64,000 nt of DNA from Phoronis australis. Lineage: Eukaryota; Animalia; Phoronida. Location of the stretch: positions 85,007 through 149,006 of the forward strand of contig NMRA01000635.1 in assembly GCA_002633005.1 (NCBI GenBank). Direction: 5' to 3'. A model generated the notes under the pieces. That model was given only the letters and a program-made list of their open reading frames with translations. It was not told the origin of the DNA and searched no databases. Shown here in pieces: positions 12,560 to 25,538 of this stretch. A program made the position numbers and the translations under genes. Numbering within the stretch: the first letter of the stretch is position 1; the number at the start of each line of letters is the position of its first letter.

Positions 12560-13855
12560 CGAGGGACGTTCAATAAGTTTTCGGCCTCACCCAAAAACAA
12601 CGCAATAGCAACTAATTTTGACTTTTATTTTTCAATATAATCTCCCGTTACTTCAATGCATTTCTTTCACCTGTGCTCCAGTTTTGCAATGCCTTTATAA
12701 AAGAAACTTTTGTCAAGCCCCTCAACATACTCCTCCACTGCACTCATGACGTCATCATCGCTCACATACTGGCTTCCACGCAGGTAGGCCTTCAAATGTG
12801 GAAACAAATAAAAACCAGACTGGGCCAGGTCTGGAGAATAGGCACGGTGCAGAAGGATTTCAAAGCCACATCTAGTTGCTTTAGCCACCGCAACTTGGGC
12901 AGTATGGGCAGGTGTGTTGTCTTGAAGCAACTATATCCCGAAACATCCCGCGCCTCTTTTTCCTTCATTGCTTTTTTGAGTTTTTCCAAAAGTGATGCAT
13001 AGTAATTCCCAGTAACAGTGTGTCCTTGTTGCAAGTAGTCGATCATCAGAATACCTTTGCTGTCCCAGAACACAGAGGCCATAACTTTGCTCGCAGAGGC
13101 ACCCAACTTGAACTTTCTCGGGCTTGGGGAACCCACGTGCTTCCATTGTTTACTTTGTTGTTTTGATTCCGGGTCAAAGTGGTGGACCAATGTCTCATCC
13201 TGGGTTACAAGTCTTCTAGAAAATTTGGCTGGATATGCTTGTAATCTTCCTTAGTAGAAGTTCTGTTGAAATTTGCATTCTGCTCATTTGCTGATCCTGA
13301 GTTGACAACCTTGGCACCCATCATGCACTCAGCTTACTGACATGTCCAAATCTTCACTCAACAATTTAGAGATGAATCCATTGCTGATGCCAACAGTGTT
13401 TGTCAAATGTTGAGCAGTCATTCGCCTGTCTTTCATAACCATTGCATGAATTTTCTGCACATTTTCACTGGAGGTCGATAATTTGGGACGTCCTGGATGA
13501 GGGTCATCTTCAACGCTTTCTCTACCCCTCTTGAAACAAGATGACCACTTTTTTACTGTGGAGTAGCTTGGGGAGTCTTTTTCCCAGTGTTTTTCGCATC
13601 TCTTCATGAATATCTTTTGGTTTCATTCCTTTTTTACCCAAATACTTTATGACGGCTCTCGTCTGTGTTATCCCCATGCTGCTGAATGTGTTGTCGTCTG
13701 CTTTTTTGAACCAGCACCACCTAGCGACAGTTGACTGTATTAATTCAGCATGAATGCAGTACTGTTATAAAAGACGAAATTTTACTATGATGTGAAAAAA
13801 TTAACCTGCGTCCCGGTTTTCTTGGTGAGGCCAACAACTTATTGAACGACCCTCG
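12560..13855 (-). mobile_element. Full-length decayed mariner (Tc1/mariner, DD34D type) transposon
   Basis: ~32-bp TIRs CGAGGG(A/T)CGTTCAATAAGTT..GGCCTCACC; TA at the right flank (CA at left); 1.3 kb. Confidence 0.93.
12667..13677 (-). pseudogene. Frameshifted mariner transposase
   Basis: Motifs DDPHPGRP, WVPRL, QDETLVHHFDPESKQQS, KVMASVFWD, LQDNTPAH and YSPDLA spread across several frames with stops. Confidence 0.92.
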
Positions 13856-13873
13856 TACCAAGTCAAAACTTAC

Positions 13874-14164
13874 CTGCTTGGTCAGTTGTGGTGGTACTGG
13901 CATCCCCATAACTGGAACAGCCAATGACATTGCACACTTTAACAACTACTGAGTAGTGTGTGTATGGTCGCTGTCCAATCACATTCATGTTAGTTGTGTC
14001 ACTGCTGTAAATAGATGATTCACCCCTTGTTACATCAGTTACCATGACTGTGTAATTGGTGAACTCTCCATGTATATCTTTACACAAGACTACGTTCCAT
14101 GACACTGTGAATTGCCTGGCTTTGACTTCAGTTATAGCTGGAGCTGCAATTGTGTGGTCTGGAA
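13874..14164 (-). CDS. Exon: FN3 domain (type B)
   Basis: FTVSW..CKDIHGEFTNY..RPYTHYSVVVKVCNVIGCS..TDQA; ccag/gtaagt; 291 nt. Confidence 0.94.
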
Positions 14165-14219
14165 CTGGAAAAGACGTGTTACAATCATTAAATAACAAGG
14201 ACAAGAAAACAAGAAACTA

Positions 14220-14425
14220 AGAAACCAACAACAACACGAATGGTAACAAGAATAAGAATAAGAATAATTAGAATAAAAAGTAACAATTAATGATAATACT
14301 ATTACTACAACTAATTATAATAAGAAGAACAATAACAAGAATTGTAATATAAGTAATAATAATCAGACTAATAGCAATTAGAATAACAACAAGAATAAAA
14401 ATATTAATAAGAAGAAAAAGAATAA
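14220..14425. repeat. Degenerate AAT/AAC/AAG low-complexity tract
   Basis: Visible trinucleotide-like composition. Confidence 0.75.
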
Positions 14426-14552
14426 CATGGGCGGCAAACCATAGGGGGCTGAGGGGGCTATAGCCCTCCCATTTTTTTCAGTGCTATGCCGTAGGTGGTG
14501 CCCCACAGGGGGGGGGCTGAGGGGGTTTTAGCCCCACACTGTGCTGCCCATG
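14426..14552. mobile_element. Short MITE with CATGGGC termini and 5-bp TSD
   Basis: CATGGGCGGCA...TGCTGCCCATG flanked by AATAA/AATAA; related sequence at 26512-26577. Confidence 0.7.
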
Positions 14553-14847
14553 AATAAGAATAAGAACAATATGACTAAAACTAAGAATAGTGATGAAAAT
14601 GTTTGATCGTTGGAGTACGTGCTCATAACTTAAATACCCTTGTTCAATTATCGCTCACCCTCTGATTTTTGTGCTCCCAGGTTAAACGCTTTAGGTGGCA
14701 AATAGGATGGGAACAATGTCTCTCTATTTGAAGTCAACTCAAGTCATACATTTATGCACGATGAATTCTCAATGACATTACAAAGTGAACTGGCATGGTT
14801 TTACTTCACTGTTCCTCAACTCAACATCATTCACTTCTCATACAAAC

Positions 14848-15162
14848 CTGTTGCTGACGTATGTCTCTGTATCAGCTGGTAGCTCCCTCCACCTTTAATT
14901 GTGAAAGCTCTGACTCTTATCCTATAGTAAGCGTTCGATTCAAGTGATCCAAGAACCTTCTGAAATGCTCCTCCATTTGGTGTTTCACTAATATCATAAC
15001 TGCCTTCGACTATGATGGTTGGGCAGGACAGTCTTTTCACTAACTTATGTTCAACTTGATATTTTGTGATGACACCATTTGGAGTATCTGGGAGACTCCA
15101 GGATACTATAATTGAGTTGGCACTCTGTAAAACAACTTCCAGACTTCCAACAGGGCCAGGTA
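14848..15162 (-). CDS. Exon: FN3 domain (type A)
   Basis: VPGPVGSL..VSWSLPDTPNGVITKY..LESNAYYRIRVRAFTIKGGG; ttcag/gtttgt; 315 nt. Confidence 0.95.
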
Positions 15163-15438
15163 CTGAAATTATAAAATTCACATGATGTCAGTGTTCTTCA
15201 ACAGGACCAGCACCGGAATAAGTTCATGTATAAGGGGCCTCCTACTGATATTATGTATCAATTACTGTATAACAAGTTCCTCAACATGTCCCGGAACTGA
15301 AATAATGAATCAATTCATACGTACTGCTCTTCAACAAGGCCTGGTACTTAAACTGTGTATCAATTCATATCTACAGTGTTCCTCGACAGGTCCCGGTACT
15401 CAAATTATGAATTAATTCATACATACAGAGTTCCTCAT
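15147..15438. repeat. Degenerate ~50-bp tandem repeat built from the splice acceptor and exon start
   Basis: TTC(C)TCAACAGGNCCNGG(T/A)ACT(G)AAATTATGAATCAATTCAT recurs about 5-6 times; the first unit is the real exon boundary. Confidence 0.75.
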
Positions 15439-15673
15439 CAGAACGCATTAATGAAACTTTTAGTGTGAGATGCACATATAATGATTTAGGATAATTTAAA
15501 GATTACAACATAATATTTTATGCAGCAGGCAGAGCATTCAAAATTTCATGTCTATATAGCCCCGCCCTGGTACATACTTTATCTGACATTTCAAACTCTG
15601 ATCTCATGTGAGTGACCAAAACATCCGCATTTAACAGGCAAAAGTTGTCAACAGAAATTTCATTCAGAAAGTG

Positions 15674-17280
15674 ACCAAGAGGAACACGGAGTGTTGAAAT
15701 GCACCCACGGCTGCACCACCAATGGTGTGCTTCTAGAAGAGTCATAAAACTGGCCATTAGATGGCACAGAATACAGTGAACCTATCTGAAAATGGGAAGC
15801 TGTCGTCGTTTCTCAAAGCTATTTGCCAAATTTCAGGAAATCCATCTAAAAACTTCAAAGATACACGTTAAGGTAAACGTAAAAAAAACAAATTTCCATT
15901 AAGAACCACAGTTGTCACGTTAGTAGGAATGCAATTATGAAGTTTCAAAAAAACATCTTACAAGTGGCTTAGGAGATACAGCTGTAGAAACAAAATAAAA
16001 TATCCCTTGGGAGCACCACAGTAATCCCATGACAGCGTTTTCCCGTTCAGTGACTTCACCATTTGACGAAGATTTCAGAAATGCTATTGGTTTCTGTTCA
16101 AATTTGTTATAACTTAACTTTCGTCTTTAACAGCAAAGCCCAGTCAGGGTAGATAATGATCTTATTGGAGATTAGAGCAATTATAGAACAAAAGAGAGCT
16201 GGCCCTCAACCATCAATGCCAGAACGGAGTTAATCAGTCTTGTATTAAGATATTGGCTACAGGGGTAAACTTCCCAACTTGTTGTTGGGCTATAGAATCA
16301 AACAAGTTGGGAGCAACGGGAAAACGCCGTAATGGGACCGATCTGAAAATACACGTCAGTCATGCTCTTGTCAGCAGGAACACATCTGTCAATTTTCATA
16401 ATGATCTGTGAGGTTTGGAAGAAACAAAAGTAAAAATAAGTAAAATGGCCACTAGTTGGTGTAGAATACATCGAATTCATCCCAAAACAGGAACATGTCA
16501 TTGTTCCTTTAATAGAAACCTCATTACGAATTTTCAAAGAATCCGTCGAGGAAGTTCAAAGAAGCAGGGGAAAACGAAAAAACATTAAATTGCCACTAGG
16601 GGGCACAGAAGTCATTGGATCCATCCGAAAGTCGTCGTTCTTTGTTGTCGATTTCATATCATTATTCTTTAGAACATACAGCCAAGGACGCAAAAAGAAA
16701 ACAAAAAAGTGCCATTACAAGGCACCACAGTAGTCAAAATTATCAGAAAATCATAGTGGTCCATTCTTTTTGCAGTAGGAACATTTATGCCTATTTTCAC
16801 AATTATCCTTAGAGTAGTTTAGTTGATAGAGGGGTGGACGCTAAAAACGGACTCAAAAACAGGAAAACTGGCCACTAGATGGCATAAAATACACCAAATC
16901 CATTCGAGACTGGGAAGGTAGCGTCATCTTACTAATAGATACCTATTTCTTAAATCTGCAGTGTTAAAGACCTCCGAAGATACTGAGGTAAACACAAAAA
17001 AACTAATATTGCCACTAGGGGGCACATCAGTAGTCCGATCTGTCCAAAAATTCGCTCCTTCCGTCCCATCCACAAAAGGAACATGTCTACAAAATTTCAT
17101 GAACATACACCAAAGGATTGGGGAGATAGAGAAACGGACGCCAGACAGATACCAGACGGATGCCAGACCAGACACCGGACGGATGCCAGACCAGACACCG
17201 GACGGATGCCAGACCAGACAACGGATGGCTGAACCGAAATGACAGCATCATGCGCCCACTATGTATACGTGAACACATAT
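15674..17280 (-). mobile_element. HINE-type element, copy 2 (degenerate, carries a nested MITE)
   Basis: Same ends (CAAGAG..GTTGAAATGCACCCAC; ATGCGCCCAC hairpin), GACGG/CCAGA microsatellite and same internal monomer. Confidence 0.75.
16026..16336. mobile_element. MITE nested in HINE copy 2
   Basis: 22-bp TIR CCCAT(G/T)AC(A/G)GCGTTTTCCCGTT at both ends; interrupts the HINE monomer. Confidence 0.65.
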
Positions 17281-17969
17281 TTTTATGCGTTAACTTTCAA
17301 AGGGGGTTAATAGAAAAGTCGTCTTCTTGCCTGATGACGCTGTTAACCTCCCATAAAATTTAGGATTAACAAGGTTAAGAACAGATAACGCAACTGAGCA
17401 GTGAATGTATAAGTTATCAAAAGGCACACTTGGCTGTGAAAGACTGCAAATTAACCCAGGACTTCTGTCAAAAATCAATACTTGACTTAGATCAACTCTC
17501 ATTCTAAATCACTTCACCTTTCTTAGTCACATTAGAAAAGATTTCAGGGCTTGACAAAAACTGGCAAATGATCATTGCGTACAGGCTAGGCTCATAAACT
17601 TTGCTTGTCATAGTGAGTTAATCTACTCCGCCTTAGCAGTATGGCTGTCATGATAAATTCATGCATTTTACTGAAAGCAATTTAAGTAAAAGATAAAAAT
17701 ACAAGGACTTGGCATTAAAAGAGGAAGCACACCTGTGAAGAAATAAGTGTTTTTGACAGAGGAAAATGGTTATAGTTGCTTCAACTGACTGTTGATCATT
17801 GTCTATTCAGCAAGAAGCAGTTGACATGAGGTCAGCATTTAGTTGCTCCTTTGTGACTAATAAGGACGATATTCAATCACATTGCAGTATCAATCATCAC
17901 AACCTCTTTCAATCTCATTACAGTTTATGAGGTCAATAAAAAAATAACAAAAATTTATTTGTATTAATT

Positions 17970-18377
17970 ATATCTTTTTCAGTGAGGCGTGGAAATATGT
18001 TGCAAACAGTTCATAGTTCATCCCATCAGCACGCCATCTTTTTCATCACATCGCAGAAGGTCCTGGGTTCGAGTCCCGGCCGGGGCAGAAATCTTTTCGG
18101 ACTTATAAGGTCACGTGATGAGACCAAAAAGATGGCATTCCCAACATATTTCAACGCCTCCCTGAAAAAGATATATGTCACACACAATGGAGATCAAGGT
18201 AATATGCCCACTACTAAGTATGATTGGATTTCTGTGTTTGACCAGAGCTTCTGCATGGTTAGCAGAAGGTCCTGGGTTCAAGTTCCGGTCGGGGGTAGAA
18301 ATCTTTTTGGACTGATATTCATCAGGTCACGATACGTGACCAAAAAGATGGCGTGCTGACGGGATAAACTGTTTGCA
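17970..18377 (+). mobile_element. tRNA-derived tandem element with an inverted 5' fragment
   Basis: Two direct copies of B-box GGTCCTGGGTTC(G/A)AGT..CCGG..GACCAAAAAGATGGC; 17970-18043 is an inverted copy of the monomer; CAAAAATTTATTT on both sides. Confidence 0.65.
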
Positions 18378-18912
18378 AAAATTTATTTATTTTTTCCATT
18401 TTTGAAACACAAGAACTCATAAAGGAGACTTCTTTACATGTGTTAACTTGTTCAAAGTCACTGTACTTCAAATCGCTCACAGGTGAATATACTTTATGCA
18501 TCAGAAATTGATTTATCTTCAACGTCGTTATAACTATATTACGTATCCCCTAAGGTAAGGCAAAACCAACAACATTGGAACACATGTTTAAGCAATTCAG
18601 GAGCCCCTTTTTGAGATAATGGCACATTCTGGATGATTTCAGTCATTTCAGGCAATTTAGAGTTACCTTTTCCACCTTCACCACTCCGCTAGCATGTTTC
18701 TAGAGGAAGCATTTCATGTGTTAAGTTTTTAAAGTGGTCATTGTGGAGAACTCCACATTCCAGATCATTTCACCCCAATACGATTATACTTTTAGAAAGT
18801 GTAAATTTATTGATGTACCAAGGCATTCTATTACAAATTATAGCCTATTTTGAGGGCTGTTGTTAAACATGGGCATCAGGATTTTGGGTAGTAACCCATG
18901 GTATATGCATAC

Positions 18913-19173
18913 CATCTTGGTCAGTCTTTATCTGCACATTTTTCTCCAAGCCACATCCCTTGCTGTTACAGTAGGATATCTTCACTGAGTATGAAGTATA
19001 AGGTGTCAGTCCTGGCACAGTCACCTGTGTACGTGTGAACACAGGGTCACCACCATCTACTTGATACCTGTATACACCATTACCACCATTCATGTCTCCA
19101 CATGTCATACTGAAGGTGAGAGTCATCGTTCTGGAGGTGACTGTGAAAGACAACTGAGGAGCAACACTGGGTA
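18913..19173 (-). CDS. Exon: FN3 domain (type B)
   Basis: PSVAPQL..CGDMNG..GLTPYTSYSVKISYCNSKGCG..TDQD; ccag/gtatgc; 261 nt. Confidence 0.93.
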
Positions 19174-19351
19174 CTGGAATAACAGACGCAAGAATGTGTT
19201 ACAATGGATACCAGAATTATAGTGCAAAACTTCACAAATGAAGCGACATATTTGTCATGAGAACCACATCTCAGCCTTAGGGTGACCAAAAGATTTCAAG
19301 AAACTGCCCATTTGGACACAATAATCACACTTAAAAGTGCATCAAACTTAC

Positions 19352-19651
19352 TTTCTTCCAAAGTTGTACTGTGTTTGTTTGATGACTCGCCATAACCAAC
19401 AGATGTCCCTGCTTGTACTGTGATCTCATACTGTGCATATTCCTCAAGCCCATCAAATGTGTACTGAGACACTGATGATGTTTTATAAACAAAACCAGTA
19501 AGTGAAGTGGTAGAACATGCCACCCTTTTCATCAGCCTGTATCCAACAATGTACTCAATAACAACTCCATTTGGCTGTGCTGGGACACCCCATGATATCA
19601 ACAGTGATGTAGAAGATGGTGTCACACTAAGACTGGTAACAGGACCTGGCA
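19352..19651 (-). CDS. Exon: FN3 domain (type A)
   Basis: VPGPVTSL..ISWGVPAQPNGVVIEY..GLEEYAQYEITVQAGTSVGYG; ccag/gtaagt; 300 nt. Confidence 0.95.
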
Positions 19652-20279
19652 CTGGAAAATTATTAAAGTAATAATCTGAAGATTTTTATTACACACACAG
19701 TGTTAAATATTCATATATTGATGTATTTGTTTGTGAACATACCCAGGAAGTGCATATTGTTTTACTGATTACCGTTATAATTGGGCTTATTAGTTTTTTA
19801 GATACATTTATTACCCAGGTAATATCACAAAGCCAGTCTGAGGTTGGGCACTTTATATCCAGCTTTAACAAAAGTATATTATATTAAACAATAAATATGT
19901 GTAAAGGCAATGGAATGTAACTGAACAGGAAAAATGGGATGGGGGAAGGAAATTCATGCGTCATTCATACACACACTCACGCCGTGCTGATATGGTGTCT
20001 CATGAAATTAATACGCACAATGAAAAGAAAAGAATATAATAAATAATATAGATACATAAATAACACACACAACACATATCTATCTGTCTGTCTGTCTGTC
20101 TATATGCATATATATATACATGCATATTATATTATACATATACATAATACACATATATATTATATATTTTTTTAAATACAGAAATAAATAATATGGAAAT
20201 TAAAGTGTAATACATAACGCAGTGTAACGATGCTCGATTTAAATGACAATATAAAAATAATAATAACAGTGGAGCTCTA

Positions 20280-21525
20280 TTTATCCACATTTGTTTCCGA
20301 GGTATCTGTTAAAATTGTATTTATAAACGTTTGCAACTTCAGTTTAAGATCGTTAAAAATGAGAGGTTTTTGTGCCTTTGTTGTCTTATAAATGAAATAA
20401 AGTGCAAGTGTATTAATGGTATTTCAAATTAATTTGTGATTTGGATTTATGTTTTGAACAAAATGTATAATGTCCCAAATCGTAAGCATGTACTCACTGG
20501 CTTTATTTAAGAGTGCTTGCACTGATTCCCAGAAATTCATGACACAGGTGCAATAACAAAACATGTGAAGTGAATAAAGTTTGTAACTCCTCACAATAGG
20601 AGTACTTATCAGTTTGGACTACCCCTATTGTGTATAAAGTCATATTTGTAAATATTCTTCTATGGGTAAAAAGGTACCTGAAGTTCTTTAATTCAGGATT
20701 TATGGGAAGGCTAAAGGGTATAAAATAAATTGCTCTGATTTCTTTTTCATTATAATTACTGAACCACACATAATTGCCAGGTTTTTGTGCAAAAGTATGT
20801 ATAGTACAATTTTTAACCCAGTCTTTACTTAACAACTATTATAATTAACTAAATGAAAGTTGTTGCAACAAATAAATTTTGCTTCTAGTTCACCAAGATG
20901 CTTCCTCAATGCACTAACAACAACATTGTATGCCAATACATAAAAATTCTTGAGATCGTATTTATTTTTAAAAAATCCCAGCCAAGAGTTTTAATTTCAT
21001 TATCTAGAAAATCTTCGCAAACTAACAGTCCCGCTTAAAACATTTCCTGATAAAATACTGATTTATTGCTAAGTAAAATGTTTTGATTATTCCATAAGAC
21101 CTGTTTGTTCGTAGGATTATTCTTACAAACTTCTACATTTAAAGGCTCTAAGTTTTTAAGCAATTCAGTATAAAAGGAATTATTAATTGACATTTTCAAA
21201 TTTCTTAAACAGAAGTTTGAAAAGAAAATAAGGTCACCACCCAATTTAATTAAAAGAGAGTTGGGATGAAATTTCCTCCTGAATTTAAACGTTTGACCTA
21301 ATTGAACATGAGACACACTAGGATATTTTAACCCTTCTTCATATGGAAGTACAGTGACATATTCCTTAAGTTTATTCTTGGTGGCTTTCCACACCGAGTA
21401 AAATATCTAATTATTTATACAATACTATTTCTGTAACTTCAATATTGGCTAAAACGTGAATCAACCTAGACAAACTGTAAGTTTTTACAACATGAGTTTT
21501 CCCTGTTGTCGTCAACTGTCTAGTT
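20280..21525 (-). mobile_element. Decayed 3' part of an L1/Tx1-clade LINE ORF2
   Basis: Remnants FYTELL..QVLWNNQNILL.NKSVFY and KNFRYLFTHRRIFTNMTLYTIG..SYCEE (zf-RVT-like), with stops and frameshifts. Confidence 0.7.
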
Positions 21526-24500
21526 TTAGGCTTAATTATTGATTTCAGAGTATTTTATACTAGAGCAATGAAATTGTTTCCAACAAATAATTGGGGCACT
21601 ACCGTAGTGAGTGTCCAGTGTAGATGATGTACATGTAAGGTTGTTGTTTATTGAGACATGAAAGCCAGAGGCTGATTTGGTACACAGTTTAATTAGCACC
21701 TGTTGAGGTTTGAATAGCAAGTGACCAGCCGCATTCAATAGTCTGGAGAGGGCTAGTATTATTTTGTATGCAAATGTGGAACTTATGATGGGAGCTGTCA
21801 GAGGCATTGTCAGCCAGGAGTTGGCGTGTGGATTCTGCTGGAGAAAGTCACGTCTGAGTGCAGAGATTGGTCTAGTTATCAACAACTGGAGGACATGAAA
21901 TCAAAGAAGCTTGAATGCAAAAACTGACCTGATCTTGAACAAAATGTTATTTCAGTTCTAGCACAACTAAAATTTACGCCAATAAACAAGTTCTTAGTTA
22001 GAAGTGTGCGAACTCAACTATGTATTTTAACTTAAATGAACAGGCTATGTGATGAAGACGATTGCCAAGGTGTCAGTGTAAATCAAATGGATTCAAAGTT
22101 TATGGCCTAAATATTTCAATATATTCCAAAATATGGCTTGCCTGTGAAATTCATTGCTCAACATGTGGAGAATTTCTCACTTACACTGGTCACCACTCTG
22201 ATTCCCTATGCCCCAGACAACTTTTATGATCCCTATTCAGCACACCCTTTGTATTGATGTATAACTGAGCTAATGAAGTGTAAGGTAATAGCTAGCACTA
22301 CTTTCTTAACAATGGTGGTCCTTATTACATCCAAATTGTTTTTCTCTGGTATTTGCACAGAGTTAAAGCCTACAATATGGAGAGCAGTTTTAACTTAGCA
22401 CATTTCACATAATACAAAAAAAAGTTTTAATTAAAATTTGCTTTGATGTTGACAAAGGGCCACTTCTCAAAGGGGCGTTGGTTTTAAATACGTTTCACAC
22501 CTGTTTTCATTACTTTATTTTAATATTCCTGTCTACTTGATTTTTTCATACCCGTTAGGGTTGCTATCTTTTTTTGTTTAAATGAAGTATCAAAATAAGT
22601 TAGAAGTCAGTTAATTGTTAATTACAGTTACACACCAAGCATGTCACAGCAACCAAAACTACACGTGCAATTAGTTCAAGTTAAATTTTTATTAGAAATC
22701 AAATCATAATATATATACAAAAGTGCAAATATGGTGATAGCCAAGCTGAGTCATAAAAATTGAAATCACAGCTTTTGCCCACCAACCAGCCTCATCCACT
22801 GCTTACACTCTCTCTAAAGCTATTCATCTTAGCAGGAAGATAACCAGGAAGGGACAACTAGCTAAACCGCCGTTTTTGGCCTCCTTCCCCGGACTAATTT
22901 CAGGACTTAAGTTTCGTTTAAAAGGAAACAGATGATTTTATCAGAGAGATTTAAGCTTTTTCTATAGAAGGATATCAAAAAAACTCACTTTTCAACCTTA
23001 AACAGTTGTGTAATTGTACTTTGAAAATATCGACTTCAGCGCATGCAATCGCAATTTCCCACACGCAGTCACGGGTATTTAAGCTTTTCCGTCGATGTAT
23101 AGATGGCGCAGTAGTCAAGTACTACCTCATTTGCATATCAAATTTGGATGTGGGAGTTCTGAGACTCTCGTCAGTTTAGTTGTTGTCGACCGCTTGAGTG
23201 CATAAAGCGGTGCCCTGCCGCTGAGAGCATGCGCTGATGAAGATACCACAGCTAACTCGATCGCTTCGCAATCAGGAGGTGAAAACACTCTCATGACCGC
23301 AGTTCTGAATTCCAGCTAAGCAAGCCCTATTTCGAGGAGCAGATTTGAATTGTTTTCGTCCCCAGACTGTGGATTGCAGAGAAGATTAGAATGAGGTCAA
23401 CATCGAAGTTTCTGCGGCTACCTATCGTGTTGAAAGTTTGAAGTGTCAGAACCNNNNNNNNNNNNNNNNNNNNNNNNNNNNNNNNNNNNNNNNNNNNNNN
23501 NNNNNNNNNNNNNNNNNNNNNNNNNNNNNNNNNNNNNNNNNNNNNNNNNNNNNNNNNNNNNNNNNNNNNNNNNNNNNNNNNNNNNNNNNNNNNNNNNNNN
23601 NNNNNNNNNNNNNNNNNNNNNNNNNNNNNNNNNNNNNNNNNNNNNNNNNNNNNNNNNNNNNNNNNNNNNNNNNNNNNNNNNNNNNNNNNNNNNNNNNNNN
23701 NNNNNNNNNNNNNNNNNNNNNNNNNNNNNNNNNNNNNNNNNNNNNNNNNNNNNNNNNNNNNNNNNNNNNNNNNNNNNNNNNNNNNNNNNNNNNNNNNNNN
23801 NNNNNNNNNNNNNNNNNNNNNNNNNNNNNNNNNNNNNNNNNNNNNNNNNNNNNNNNNNNNNNNNNNNNNNNNNNNNNNNNNNNNNNNNNNNNNNNNNNNN
23901 NNNNNNNNNNNNNNNNNNNNNNNNNNNNNNNNNNNNNNNNNNNNNNNNNNCATTTTCACTGGCCACCTTGCTACAGTCGACTTGCGCAATAGCCGAATTA
24001 GTGTCCACATTTGTGATCACGCGCCGGGTACAGGCCCATGAGACAAGTTGCAGCAACAAATTCGGTACGAATCCATAAAACCTTTTACACGCACAATTAA
24101 ATGCGCAAAACTGCTCCTGTATTTCTTAAACCTTTAATTTAATGCTCAAGCTATACAACGAGTGCGTGTTGAAACACAACATTGACTTGGACCAACGATG
24201 GACTCCTTGCATCAGGACCTTAGTAAGCGAGGGGAAGGCGAGTGCCACCCCCAAAAAATTGCACGCCTCAGGGATAAACCATGGCAACCGACAAAGGTGT
24301 GGGGATGGGGAAAGACAAAAAGGAAAGACTTCGAATACTGATCAGAGAGAAAACTCAAGGGAACATTGAAAACTCGGTATCAGTGTATGGTTTACCATTT
24401 GAGGGCCCTGACCAGGACAATTGTTGTTAGGGACTCCGTTTTTGCAGCATAGGTCGTCTAAGCGCTCTTGAAAATGTGCACTTTACCATTCATAAATGTA

Positions 24501-25297
24501 TTTCGAAAATTCGAGAAAATTTGTACAGCAAAAATTTTGCGGAGCGTATTAAAGGAGCATGCCACCCAAATACAACCTAATTTGTATCAATTTAGATCGA
24601 GTAGTTCTACTCCATAACGGCACGCGCGGTTGCGTTACCTGACACCTGACGGCAGACTGAGGTTTTGAAATTATCCAATGACGTAATTGGTTTCACACGC
24701 AGTCTGTTCAGCAGTTCACAACACGGGTTACTGGTGTCAGCTTATCGCTTGAATTCATCGTTTTACACCAATAAATCATCAAACTTCGATGTAAAACCCT
24801 TAAAAATACACCAAATTCCTATAAAAACGTCTTGTTTTATTTCGCTGTTACGGATTTATTGGTATTTGGACACGGCCGTAGCCTACAACGGCTCGGAATT
24901 CCAATAAGGTCCGTAGCAGGAGTTTGGGGTCTTTTCGGAGATAAATCCAAAGTATACAGAGAGGAGAACCTAGTCTGTGTTGTTTAGAATTGTGATTTTT
25001 TGAGTTCTAAACACGCAAAACGCTCATTATCCTGGCCAGTGGCTCGGAGCCCGGTCAGGCCCGTCGCGGCTGGCCGGATTGACTCGTTATCCCGACTAGT
25101 GGCTCGGAAACTGATCAGACATCACGAACATAAAACAGCCAAAGTTGGAAACTAAACTTCTAGTCAGGAAAATACTATACTGAGTGAGCCAAAGTAATGT
25201 GCACGTGATTATGTTGGTGAATTAGCCACGAAACTGCAAATCTACTTACTCGTCGGGGCCGCGAATTCAAATTCCGCTTCGTCCACAGCATCGTCAG

Positions 25298-25538
25298 CAT
25301 GCTCACACCCAGTCTTCAATATGGGGGGGGGCTCGAATTTCTGTGGATCTTTTGGTAACAAAAAAGCGGGTGAGCTAAAAAAACGGGGCACTACTGTGAA
25401 CTGCGCGATTGTGCTTATTTTGAGGACTGTAGTCTCATTTTCTTGGACTTTTTGTTTCCCAGAGGCGGAACTTTTTGTCCACTTCGCCACTTTGCCCTAG
25501 CTCGTTCGAGCCCCCGAGCCCCCCTGGGTGTGCGCATG
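25298..25538. mobile_element. 241-bp MITE with 5-bp TSD
   Basis: CATGC(T/G)CACACCCAG TIRs and GTCAG duplication; the empty site with a single GTCAG is present in copy 3 near 60936. Confidence 0.88.

Noticed and set aside
18050-18090. Possible tRNA gene
   Set aside because: Only the T-arm/B-box half is present, with no D-arm or cloverleaf; treated as a tRNA-derived repeat.
23230-23290. CTGATGA suggesting a hammerhead ribozyme
   Set aside because: No convincing stem II closing onto GAAA and no stem I/III partner.
23327-24078. Long ORFs across the first N-run
   Set aside because: Composed of X residues from the assembly gap.
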